Below, one piece after another: positions 23,985 through 33,061 of a stretch of 64,000 nt of DNA. A model generated the notes under the pieces. It did no database searches, was not told the DNA's origin, and worked only from the letters and a program-made list of their open reading frames with translations. Every line of letters begins with the position of its first letter. Position 1 is the stretch's first letter. Origin of the DNA: an uncultured delta proteobacterium (lineage in GTDB: Bacteria; Myxococcota_A; Polyangia; Polyangiales; Polyangiaceae); contig CAWKKR010000008.1 of the NCBI GenBank assembly GCA_963850305.1, positions 992,001-1,056,000 of the forward strand, given 5' to 3'. Made by a program: the position numbers and the translations under genes.

Positions 23985-25850
23985 TCACCCCGGGGCGGGC
24001 TGGGGCGGCCCGGACGACGACGACTGGCTGCTGCGGCGCTCGACGATATACGCGCTCCTTCGAAGCTCCGCCGTCCGTTGCTTCACCTTCTTCTTCAGCG
24101 ACGCGGCGAGCTGACTCAGGATCGCGGGATGCAAGTCCTCGCCGATTCGATGACGATCGATGAGCGCGAGACTCAGTGTGACGAGCGGCACCTGTTCCAC
24201 GTCACCACGACGGTTCGTGGCGACGATGTAGCCCCGGCGGAGGTCATCGGCGTCGAAGAGCGCAGCCTTCTCCTCGTCGAACTTGGCGCACGCGCTCTGG
24301 AGCGCGGCCTCGTTCAATCCTTCCGGAAACACTGCCACGAAGTCGTCGCCGCCGATGTGGCCGAGCCGCGCCGCGGGGCAATCGACGACGAGCGTTCGCG
24401 ACAGGATCCGCGCCGCAAGACGGATGAGCTCGTCGCCCATGATGAACCCGTAACGGTCGTTGTACTCCTTGAAGCGATCCAGGTCGGCATAGAGAACGGC
24501 CCATGTCGGGATCTCGGTACCCTCGTGAATCCAGCGAAGGATCGCCCGATTGCCGGGCAGTCCCGTCAGTGGGCTCGCGCCCTGGGCGCTACGCACCTGG
24601 AGCTCCACGGAGCGCTTGATGAGCGCCTTCATGCGGACCGTGCCGACGAGCGCGCCGGTCGCGTCGACGACCAGCACCGGGTCGTAGAGATCCCCTGCCG
24701 CACGATCCATCGCCCGCGTCGCGAGCGTCGTGACGGGCGTCCCGAGGCCGACCGAGAGGGGCTGCGCTTTTGCCACGCGCTCGGCCGGTTTGAACTGACG
24801 AAGCGCATACCCGTATCGACCGGCGAGCTTCGCGGCGAGGTCCTCGCGCGTGACGAGCCCGCGCGGCAAGGCACCCTCGAGCAGCACGACGTGATCCGTC
24901 CTCGGTGAGTCGCGAAAGACGGACTCGATCTGCTCGACGGTGATCGACCCGAGCGGATAGACCACGGCAGGTTCGAGCAATGAGTCGATGGTCTCGTCCG
25001 CGTCGCCGAGACCCACGTTGACCGCCCGCGCCAGCCGACGAAGCTTCACGCGCAGTTCCTCGGCCGGCACGGGAGGCTCCCCGGCGGGACGCGCGAGCAG
25101 AAAACCCTGCGCGTACCGCACGCCGAGTCGCAGGAGTGCTTCGAGCTCTTCCCAGGTCTCCACCCCTTCGGCGACGAGGCGCGAGTCCACACTCGCCGCA
25201 AATGCGTTCAGCGACCTCACGAGATGCCGCCGGTACGCGTGCCGGTGGACGTTCCGCACGACCTCCATGTCGAGCTTGATGTACTGGGGCGTCGTGCTGA
25301 TGAGGGCAATGAGTCCCGAGTGTCCGGAACCGAAGTCGTCCACCGCGAACTGGAAACCCTGCCTCGAATAATGTTCGATGACCGCCTGGAACCGGTCGTG
25401 GTCGACGATCGACGTCTTCTCCGTGATCTCGATCACTATTCGCGACGGGTCTATGCCGTGGAGCCGCAGCTGCGCGAGCGTGAAACCTTCGATGAACCGC
25501 GGATCTTCGATGACATCCGGGCTCACGTTCAGAAAGAACAGGCCCGGGATCTTCGTCAATCGCGCAATGGCGCCAATCGCCGCCAGTCGGCACGCGCGTT
25601 CGACCTCCCACGCACCGTGGGTCGCGCGTGCGGAGCGCAGAAACGCATCCGCGGAGTCCTCGTGACCCTCGCCTCGCGACAGGACCTCGTATCCGATGGG
25701 TTCACCGATGATCAGATCGACGACCGGCTGGAACACGGAATGAATTCGCAGATCGGTTCCTGTCACGCGACGCGCTCCGGAGTGCCCGAGTCCAACCTCT
25801 GATGATCGCCGTTCGAGACGGCGCCCCGGTGACATTCTGATGAACGCCAC
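23985..25850 (-). CDS. EAL-CBS-GGDEF(GGDDF) c-di-GMP phosphodiesterase
   Basis: FQP, EVLSR, IEITE, VDDFGSG, IKLD, AEGVET, QGF; C-terminal PLTGLPGN, DLDRFKEYND.YG, GGDDF; start uncertain. Confidence 0.85.
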   Translation of the reverse strand: MAFIRMSPGRRLERRSSEVGLGHSGARRVTGTDLRIHSVFQPVVDLIIGEPIGYEVLSRGEGHEDSADAFLRSARATHGAWEVERACRLAAIGAIARLTKIPGLFFLNVSPDVIEDPRFIEGFTLAQLRLHGIDPSRIVIEITEKTSIVDHDRFQAVIEHYSRQGFQFAVDDFGSGHSGLIALISTTPQYIKLDMEVVRNVHRHAYRRHLVRSLNAFAASVDSRLVAEGVETWEELEALLRLGVRYAQGFLLARPAGEPPVPAEELRVKLRRLARAVNVGLGDADETIDSLLEPAVVYPLGSITVEQIESVFRDSPRTDHVVLLEGALPRGLVTREDLAAKLAGRYGYALRQFKPAERVAKAQPLSVGLGTPVTTLATRAMDRAAGDLYDPVLVVDATGALVGTVRMKALIKRSVELQVRSAQGASPLTGLPGNRAILRWIHEGTEIPTWAVLYADLDRFKEYNDRYGFIMGDELIRLAARILSRTLVVDCPAARLGHIGGDDFVAVFPEGLNEAALQSACAKFDEEKAALFDADDLRRGYIVATNRRGDVEQVPLVTLSLALIDRHRIGEDLHPAILSQLAASLKKKVKQRTAELRRSAYIVERRSSQSSSSGPPQPAPG

Positions 25851-25940
25851 GTTTCTCGAGGTTCTTCGAATGTTCGGGGCGAACCACCCGGGAACACCGG
25901 CGCTTCACGACCGACGAGCGGTCCTGGTCGGACGTTTCGG

Positions 25941-26027
25941 CGGAGGAGGAGGGATTCGAACCCACGGATGACTTTCGCCATCGCCCGTTTTCAAGACGGG
26001 TGCCTTCAGCCACTCGGCCACTCCTCC
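25941..26027 (-). tRNA. tRNA-Ser(TGA)
   Basis: GGAGGAG/CTCCTCC acceptor stem, CCCGT-CTTGAAA-ACGGG anticodon arm, long variable arm, GGTTCGAATCC; CCA not encoded. Confidence 0.97.
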
Positions 26028-26099
26028 GGGGAGCGCGGCCTTTGTAGCATGGCCACCCGGAGATCGCTGCGAGCGGGCCTCGAATCGGCGCGAGCCAGC

Positions 26100-29006
26100 T
26101 CAGTGTCGAACCTGCTCCCGGCGCACACGCAGCGAGATCTTCGTCCCCCCCCGGGCAACGGACAGGATCACGTCGGATCCCTCCGGGCCTGGCAGACGAC
26201 GTTCCGCGTCGACGAGCGACGCGGGAGCCTCGCCGTCGATCCCCTCCAGCTCGTCGCCCGACGACACCCCCGCCCGCTCCGCTTCGCTCGATGGCGCGAC
26301 GCTCGAGATCACGATGTGTCCGCCCGACTCTGCCGCAAGCGTGACCGCGACGCCGCCGGTGGCGGCCGATTCCACGGACCTCGAGGCGACGAGACGGATG
26401 ACGATGTCGTCGGTCGTGCGACCCGAGTCGACGACTATGGCCGTCGTGCGACCTACCGCCGTCCCCGCGACCGCCGCGAGGTCGATCTTTCCGGGCCGAA
26501 GGCGGTCGAGATGGAACGAGCCGTCCGCGGCGCTCACGACCTCGCGCGCGGAGTGAAAACCGATCGGAACGACCGCGTCCACGGCGCCCACACCGACGCG
26601 AGCTCCGGCCACCGATCTACCGTCGGCGTCGATGACGCGACCTTCGACGGCGCCGGGGTCGGCAAGGTCGATCGCATCCACGTCGAAGGCGCGATCCGCG
26701 CGACCCGTCGGAGCGATACGCACGTCGGCGTCGGTGATCGCGAAGTCCGGGTGCGATACGGTGAGGTGCGCCGCACCCGGAATGACGTCCGTGAATCGAT
26801 ACGTCCCGGCCGCGTCGGTGACCGTGCGGCGTCTCCGTCCGTCGGAGAGAAGCTCGACCGTCGCACCCGCGACGTCCCTCCGCCCTCGAACGGCGGTGAC
26901 GTGACCTTCCACGAGGACGCCGCTCACGAGGTCCACCACGAGCTTCGCGGGGGCATGGGCGAGCTGACGCACCGCGCGTGCGAAACCGGGTGCCTCGACC
27001 TGGATTCGAACCGGCAGCCCCACGGCGTCGGCGATTTGGGCTCGCCCCGCATCGTCGCTGAACGCGCTGACGCGGAGCGGGCGCTCGGCGTCCAGGGACA
27101 GTGCCGTCACCTCTGCCATCTTCACGGGATTCCCCGATTCGTCTTCGAGGGAGACCTCGAGCGGCTCGCGCGGCGCCGGAAGTTCGAGCTCGAGCTCGAG
27201 CTTCTTTCCATCCGGGATGGTGAGCCCCTTCCGGATGACGGCGCGAAACGGTTCGTCCGGACGCGCGACCGTCAAGCTCACCTCCGTCGGCAGCGTGGCG
27301 AACGCAAACGTGCCGTCGTCCGCCGTGGTGGTCGCGCGACTTCCCGGTCCTTCGAGCGCAGAGACTTCCACGCGCGCGCCCGCCACGGGAACGCCGTATT
27401 CGTCGACGAGGGTGCCCTCGATCGATCCACCGTCGCGGAGAACAACGTGGACCGTGGCCGTCGTTCCGGCGCTCAGTGTGACCACGTCACTGGTCGTCTC
27501 GACATAGGACGGATGATGAACGAGGGCGCGCACGCGCCCTGGCGAGACCGGGCTAGCGCGGAATGTTCCGTCAGCTCCCGTCGTCCACGGCTCCGGCGCT
27601 GCTGCGCTGGTGGCGTCATCGCCCTGGTCGCTCGTTGGAATCGGTGGAATGGCGCCGAGCATGACGCCGAGGTCCCCGGACGGCAGAAGCGGCGAAGGCC
27701 CCGGGAGCGACCACGCAAAGTGTGCGCGCTGAAACTCATCGAACAGGGGTGTCGCGGTGATCGGCATTCCATCGAGGTCGGTGCCGATGATCTCGATCGT
27801 CGCCCCTTCGACCGGACGCCCATCGGCATCGACGACATCGCCGCGCACGACCGCTCCCCGGAGCAATGCGATCCGCACTTCTGTCGCGGCACCCTCCGGA
27901 ACGGCAACGGTATCGCGCGCAATGAACCCGTCGGCGCGCGCCGAGACCACTGCGGGCCCTCGCGCGATCGGCCCGAGGGTGACGGAGCCGAATCGATTGG
28001 AACGCCCCTGAAGGGGAAACGAGCTGACCCCGCCCTCGACGAGCCAGACGTCGGCGTCCGGAACCACCACCGGATGGTCGCCGTCTCCGTCGGTCACGAC
28101 CACCGGGATCATGCGTCCCGGCTCGAGAGCGAGCGTCGTGGTGCGCGGCGAGCCCTGCTCGACCCGCACGCCCATCTCCGTCGGTGAAACGCGCGAGCCC
28201 TGCTGCGCCTTGAGATCGTACGCACCAGGTTCGAGCCCGGCGATCTTTGCGTGGCCGTCCGGCCCCGACGCAAGCTGCCGTGCGGGCCACAAGCTCGGCC
28301 CTGCGACGAACACCGTCGCGCCGGGCACCCCCCTCCCTCTCTCATCGGCCACGAATACGTCGAGCGTACTGGCTTGCCGAAGGACGACCGTGACGTCGGA
28401 CGCGACGGACCGCGACTCGATCCCGTACCCTCGGGCCGCGACCTTGAGCTTCCACGGACCCGCGCCGAGTCCGCGAACGCTTGCCGAACCGGTGGAATCG
28501 GAGAGCGCGCCGAACGGCAAGGCGTCGTGGCCCGTCACGAGCACGGTCGCACCCGGAATCGGCGCGTGACGTTCGTCCTCGACGCGAATAGCGAGCGAGT
28601 GGCCGGGGAGTAACACGACGTCGAGTTCGCGCCTCGCCGCGACGACGATCGCCGTCGAGTGGCGCGCAAACCCGGGCGCATCCACCAGGACCCACGCGGC
28701 ACCCGACGGCAGGTGGTCGAACGTCGCATCGCCGCGACCATCGGACGTGACGCTTCCGGCAAGGTAGTACCGGTTTTCATCGACCCAGAACACGCGGACC
28801 GTCGCTCCGGAAACGGCAGCCGAATCTTCACGGCGAACGGAGACGATGAGCGAGCCGTCTCGGGTGACCGCTCCAGGCACCAGTCCCACGGCGGCGGTGA
28901 TCCCGCGAAGGGCGACGGACGCCGGAATCGACCCGAGGAACAGCAGGCACGCGAGCATCGCGACCCGGACAGCCGTGATTTCCGTGAGGGGTTTGACCGG
29001 GGTCAC
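26100..29006 (-). CDS. Carboxypeptidase-regulatory-like repeat protein with C-terminal PDZ
   Basis: Repeated G.V.D..G.PV.GA.V / TD..G.F beta-sandwich units; VAPSSEAERAGV..GD....IDG; start approximate. Confidence 0.8.
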   Translation of the reverse strand: MTPVKPLTEITAVRVAMLACLLFLGSIPASVALRGITAAVGLVPGAVTRDGSLIVSVRREDSAAVSGATVRVFWVDENRYYLAGSVTSDGRGDATFDHLPSGAAWVLVDAPGFARHSTAIVVAARRELDVVLLPGHSLAIRVEDERHAPIPGATVLVTGHDALPFGALSDSTGSASVRGLGAGPWKLKVAARGYGIESRSVASDVTVVLRQASTLDVFVADERGRGVPGATVFVAGPSLWPARQLASGPDGHAKIAGLEPGAYDLKAQQGSRVSPTEMGVRVEQGSPRTTTLALEPGRMIPVVVTDGDGDHPVVVPDADVWLVEGGVSSFPLQGRSNRFGSVTLGPIARGPAVVSARADGFIARDTVAVPEGAATEVRIALLRGAVVRGDVVDADGRPVEGATIEIIGTDLDGMPITATPLFDEFQRAHFAWSLPGPSPLLPSGDLGVMLGAIPPIPTSDQGDDATSAAAPEPWTTGADGTFRASPVSPGRVRALVHHPSYVETTSDVVTLSAGTTATVHVVLRDGGSIEGTLVDEYGVPVAGARVEVSALEGPGSRATTTADDGTFAFATLPTEVSLTVARPDEPFRAVIRKGLTIPDGKKLELELELPAPREPLEVSLEDESGNPVKMAEVTALSLDAERPLRVSAFSDDAGRAQIADAVGLPVRIQVEAPGFARAVRQLAHAPAKLVVDLVSGVLVEGHVTAVRGRRDVAGATVELLSDGRRRRTVTDAAGTYRFTDVIPGAAHLTVSHPDFAITDADVRIAPTGRADRAFDVDAIDLADPGAVEGRVIDADGRSVAGARVGVGAVDAVVPIGFHSAREVVSAADGSFHLDRLRPGKIDLAAVAGTAVGRTTAIVVDSGRTTDDIVIRLVASRSVESAATGGVAVTLAAESGGHIVISSVAPSSEAERAGVSSGDELEGIDGEAPASLVDAERRLPGPEGSDVILSVARGGTKISLRVRREQVRH

Positions 29007-29065
29007 TGAACCGACGATAACGCCCAGGGGCAAAGGGCGCTTCCCCGAGCTATCCTGAGGGTTCG

Positions 29066-30283
29066 ATGAGCGTACTTCGCATGGGGTCGGCGCTGGTTCT
29101 TTCGGGCGCGCTCGTCGCTTGCGGCGATAGCCGGCCCCCCTTCGCAGGCTCCTATTCGCCGCCAAACACGGACGGCGGGATTCACGACAGCGGCCTGTTC
29201 ACTCTGATCACTCCTCCGGCACCCTCCGGCGATGCCGCGGGTTATTGCGGCGACCAGATCCTTCCCCTCGTCGAGAACCATCCGAACATCTATTTCGTTC
29301 TCGATGCTTCCGGGAGCATGTCCGACGGCATCGACGGACCCGGCACCCAGGCCAAGTACAGCGCGGCATTGTCCGCCATCTCGGGCCTGGTCCAGACGAT
29401 TGGGCCCCGTGCTTCCTTCGGCGCCGCCGTCTTTCCAGGCAACCCCGGCACCATCACGGATATCTGTCCGGTCGGAGTCCAGGTATTTCCGGCGACACCT
29501 GGGGACCCGGTGAACCTGACTCCCCGCGCTCCGATAGGGCCGATGCTTCGAGGGCTCCTGACCGCGCTCGGCCGTCATTCTCCCGACGGGCTCACGCCGA
29601 CCGCCGCGTCCCTGGAGGCGCTCAAGCCGAACCTGCTTGCGTTGAAGGGCACCACCTACGCGCTGCTGCTCACCGACGGAGCGCCGAACTGCGACGCTGC
29701 TTTCGCCTGCGACGCGGCGGACTGCACCGTCAACATCGAAGGCCCCCCCGATCCGTGCGGCGCGCCCGCGGGCGTGAGCTGTTGCCAGCCCGCCTATGGA
29801 TACGACTACACCGATTGCCTCGACGCGAACGCGACCGTCAATGCCATCGCCGACCTCGCCGCCAATGGCATCAAGACGTATGTGGTCGGCATGCCCGGCA
29901 CGAGCTTTTACACGGCCCTGCTCGACAGAATGGCGTTCGTGGGCGGCACGGCGCGAACCGGCGCAACGGAATACTACCCGGTCACCGGCTCGTCGGACCT
30001 CGCGTCGACGCTCGAGGGCATCGGTGTTTCCGTCGCAATCAGCTGCGACATCCCGCTGAAAGAGAAACCTCCCGATCCGAACCTCGTCAACGTGTACTTC
30101 GATTTGACGTACGTGCCCTCCGATCCGGACAATGGCTGGACGTGGGTGAGCGAGGACGCTTCGGTCGACGCGTCCACGGGAACGGACGTCGTTCGCCTGG
30201 TCGGGAACGCCTGCACCGCGCTGAAATCGGGCGCCGTGGGTCAGGTACAGGTGGTGGCCGGCTGTCCCACGAAAACCCGCTGA
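29066..30283 (+). CDS. vWA-domain Cys-rich lipoprotein (myxobacterial CglB-like)
   Basis: LVAC lipobox, MIDAS DASGSMS, TPT, LLTDGAPNC, KTYVVG. Confidence 0.75.
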   Translation: MSVLRMGSALVLSGALVACGDSRPPFAGSYSPPNTDGGIHDSGLFTLITPPAPSGDAAGYCGDQILPLVENHPNIYFVLDASGSMSDGIDGPGTQAKYSAALSAISGLVQTIGPRASFGAAVFPGNPGTITDICPVGVQVFPATPGDPVNLTPRAPIGPMLRGLLTALGRHSPDGLTPTAASLEALKPNLLALKGTTYALLLTDGAPNCDAAFACDAADCTVNIEGPPDPCGAPAGVSCCQPAYGYDYTDCLDANATVNAIADLAANGIKTYVVGMPGTSFYTALLDRMAFVGGTARTGATEYYPVTGSSDLASTLEGIGVSVAISCDIPLKEKPPDPNLVNVYFDLTYVPSDPDNGWTWVSEDASVDASTGTDVVRLVGNACTALKSGAVGQVQVVAGCPTKTR

Positions 30284-30303
30284 CCATCGACGCCCTGGCG
30301 GTC

Positions 30304-30655
30304 AGTACTTCCGCATCGACGAGCACGTCGTCCCCGAGGATTGAAAGCGGTACGGAACTACCGAGCGCAGCGAGTACCGGGGGGCGGGGTTGCGAAGCAA
30401 GCCCCGGGGGGCGGGCAACGCCCCCCTTTCCTAGTACTTCCGCATCGACGAGCACGTCGTCCCCGAGGATTGAAAGCGGTACGGAACTACCGAGCGCAGC
30501 GAGTACCGGGGGGCGGGGTTGCGAAGCAAGCCCCGGGGGGCGGGCAACGCCCCCTTTCTTAGTATGTGCCCATCGGCGAACACGCCGTCCCCGAGGGATG
30601 AAACGAGCGGCACCACGCGAGCGGAGCGAGCCGCGGGGGCAAGGCCCCCTTTCTT
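30304..30655. repeat. Tandem 128-129 bp hairpin-rich intergenic repeat (two near-identical copies and one degenerate)
   Basis: Units start at 30304, 30433 and 30561 (AGTA...), each ending CCCCCTTTC(C/T)T. Confidence 0.9.
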
Positions 30656-30715
30656 GGGAGCACGCGGAAACTGCCGCGGCTCGCGATTTTCGGGACGGGG
30701 CGGTACCATGATTGA

Positions 30716-30995
30716 GTGACGCCCCCGGAGCTGGAAGAGCTGCGGCGTTCGATTCGACGACGTCGATCGACGGCTCCTCGGACTCCTGGCGGAGCGCGCG
30801 CGGCTCGTCCTCGCGGTCGGCGATGTGAAGCGCGCGCAGAAGATGCAAGTCTACGATCCGGACCGCGAGCGCCGAGTGCTGGAACGCCTGGGCGAGCTCG
30901 CGCCGGAGCCGCTCGATGCGGCGACCGTGCGCCGTGTCTTCGAGCGCCTAATCGACGAGATGCGACGTCTCGAACAGCGGCACGTCTCCGGTTGA
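30716..30995 (+). pseudogene. Chorismate mutase (AroQ type), 1-nt frameshift near 30753
   Basis: LEELRRSI + DDVDRRLLGLLAERARLVLAVGDVK....VYDPDRE..VL after removing one base; may be a sequencing error. Confidence 0.8.
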
Positions 30996-31003
30996 ACGCA
31001 CCG

Positions 31004-32203
31004 TCAGTGCAAGGTGTGCCAGCGTCCGTCGTGCTGGATTTTCGGCACGTCCGCGTCGAGCGCCGCAGGCGGTAACGCAGGAAGATCGGAAGTCTCCGAC
31101 GGTTCGGGCGTGGGCTCGTGCCCCGGAAGGACGATGTGCACGCGCGCGGCCGTCGGCGCGAGCGCGTTCTCCCGCGCGCGGAGCTCTGCGTATGCTTCTT
31201 CCCTTGCCCAGAGCTCCAGCGTGGCGCGACTCTGACGCCGCCGCCGACGGTAGCCCAGCGCCAGGAGCACGAGAACGCCGCCCCAGATGAGCGTCCCGCT
31301 GAAGAACACCGGCCAGAAGCTATAGCGCTTCGCGACGTCTTCTCTCCATTCGTACTCGAGCGCCGGCAGATCCAGGCCGTACGCGTCGTGAAGCGCAGGC
31401 TCGAAGGACTCTCCGGCGCGAAGCCTCGCGATCAGCGCGGGAAACCGGTCGCTGTCTTCCTGACGAAGCAAGAACCGCACGACGTCCGCGGCTTCGGCGT
31501 AGGCCAGATCGGCGGCCGCGGCGTCGCTCGGGAATCCGCGATTCAGCTCTTCGAGCGGAATCAGACGACCCGCCAGGGTCGCCGTGGAGAGCGTGCGGAT
31601 TCTTAGGAGCGAACTTTCTCGCGAAAGGTGTACGGCCAATCCTTCATTGAACCACCGCGGCACCCGATGCCCCGCGCCAATGGCGTCCTGTAGTGCGAGA
31701 TGCGCAAGCTCGTGCCGGAATACCTCTTCGAGGTCCTGGGACGCGTTCGCCTGCGGCGGCGTCACCGACAGTAACACCAGTTCGATGTCCGAGTACGCCA
31801 CGCCGGACGCGTAACGCGGATACGGCGCCCCCTCGGGAGCGAGCGTCGTCATCTCGCCCGGCGTGCGGGCGATCCGCACGTGCACCGCGTCGAGCACTGG
31901 TTGCCCCAGCCGCATCGCAAACTCGGCGCGAATCGCGGCCGCGTCCCGCTCGAGCGGACGCATCCGCCCGCCAACCCCGGGTGGATACGAAAAGTCGATG
32001 AACCCGTCTGGCGTCTTGTTGAACCCTCGCGGCACCGGCGGAAGCTCGAGTGGCTTGCCGACACTTCGTGGGGCGTCCACGGGCGGGGCCCCTTCGAGAG
32101 TGGCGGCGCCGGCCCGCTCTGCGCCGAACGTAAATCCGAACGAACAAACGAGAATGGCGACGAGCCGCTTCAGCCTCGCCGAATGTTCACCGCGTGCGCG
32201 CAT
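31004..32203 (-). CDS. Peptidase MA-like zinc metalloprotease
   Basis: HELAH...PRWFNEGLA, AYAEA; signal peptide and C-terminal TM helix. Confidence 0.85.
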   Translation of the reverse strand: MRARGEHSARLKRLVAILVCSFGFTFGAERAGAATLEGAPPVDAPRSVGKPLELPPVPRGFNKTPDGFIDFSYPPGVGGRMRPLERDAAAIRAEFAMRLGQPVLDAVHVRIARTPGEMTTLAPEGAPYPRYASGVAYSDIELVLLSVTPPQANASQDLEEVFRHELAHLALQDAIGAGHRVPRWFNEGLAVHLSRESSLLRIRTLSTATLAGRLIPLEELNRGFPSDAAAADLAYAEAADVVRFLLRQEDSDRFPALIARLRAGESFEPALHDAYGLDLPALEYEWREDVAKRYSFWPVFFSGTLIWGGVLVLLALGYRRRRRQSRATLELWAREEAYAELRARENALAPTAARVHIVLPGHEPTPEPSETSDLPALPPAALDADVPKIQHDGRWHTLH

Positions 32204-32341
32204 TGGGCTCTCCCGCCGCAAACGCGGGCGGGAGCCTCAAGTTAAAAACCTGCCTGGGTCTTCGTCAACGTCGGCCCGCGTCGAAACCTCCGATTCGTCG
32301 GACCTCGACGTGCCTCGTCGCCTGGAAAAGCCAGGAGATCG

Positions 32342-33061
32342 TCACACGCGTGGCAAAACGAAGAACAGGACCCCATATGCAGCCGGTGCGCCGGCGGAGA
32401 GCGCGGCGCGCGCGACCCCGCTTTGGTGGAGAACCAAGGTCCCACCTGCAACGAGGAGCACCCACGCCGCCATCAGCACGCGCGCTGCGCCCCTCGACGT
32501 TCGGAATCGAGGGGCGGCCAGGGTCGCGATGACGGCACTCGCGCCAACCGCAACGTCGATCGCAACGGACCGGGCCTCCGCGGGTGCCCCTCTCGAGAAC
32601 GCGGTCAGGAACGAAGACCCAAGGACTGCGAGGGACACGGCAGAGAGCGCGAGAAGGGCCGTCAGCGCCGCTCGCCCGGCGAGCCCGTTCTCATGCGACA
32701 ACTCGAATAGCCGCACGCCGATGAGCGCCGCCACGGCCAGGACGGCGATCGCGACGACCGCGAAGGTGACGGCCCCGAGCGAACGGTTGTGCGTCTTGGT
32801 TTGAAGGAGCGCCCCGAATAGACCGAGCCACCCGGTCGCGAACAGCGCCCCAGCCAGGACGCCTCGAGCCGTGGCCGACAATGGGGGCAGCCGGCGGATC
32901 GCGGTCGCGATGCCCAGCGTGAGCGAGCAGGAGCCCCATGCTGCAAGCCCTTCGACCCACGACGCATGCGTTCGGACTGCGGCGATGACTGCCCAGACGA
33001 GCCCGAAGCCGAGCGCCCGCGCCGCCTCGTCGCCGAACCCTCGGTCCGCGGCTGTATTCAT
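32342..33061 (-). CDS. Multi-pass membrane protein
   Basis: Hydrophobic ORF; its ATG overlaps the stop of the HEAT-repeat gene. Confidence 0.65.
   Translation of the reverse strand: MNTAADRGFGDEAARALGFGLVWAVIAAVRTHASWVEGLAAWGSCSLTLGIATAIRRLPPLSATARGVLAGALFATGWLGLFGALLQTKTHNRSLGAVTFAVVAIAVLAVAALIGVRLFELSHENGLAGRAALTALLALSAVSLAVLGSSFLTAFSRGAPAEARSVAIDVAVGASAVIATLAAPRFRTSRGAARVLMAAWVLLVAGGTLVLHQSGVARAALSAGAPAAYGVLFFVLPRV

Noticed and set aside
25700..26027. Genomic island integrated at tRNA-Ser
   Set aside because: No integrase and no duplicated tRNA 3' end were seen in the window.
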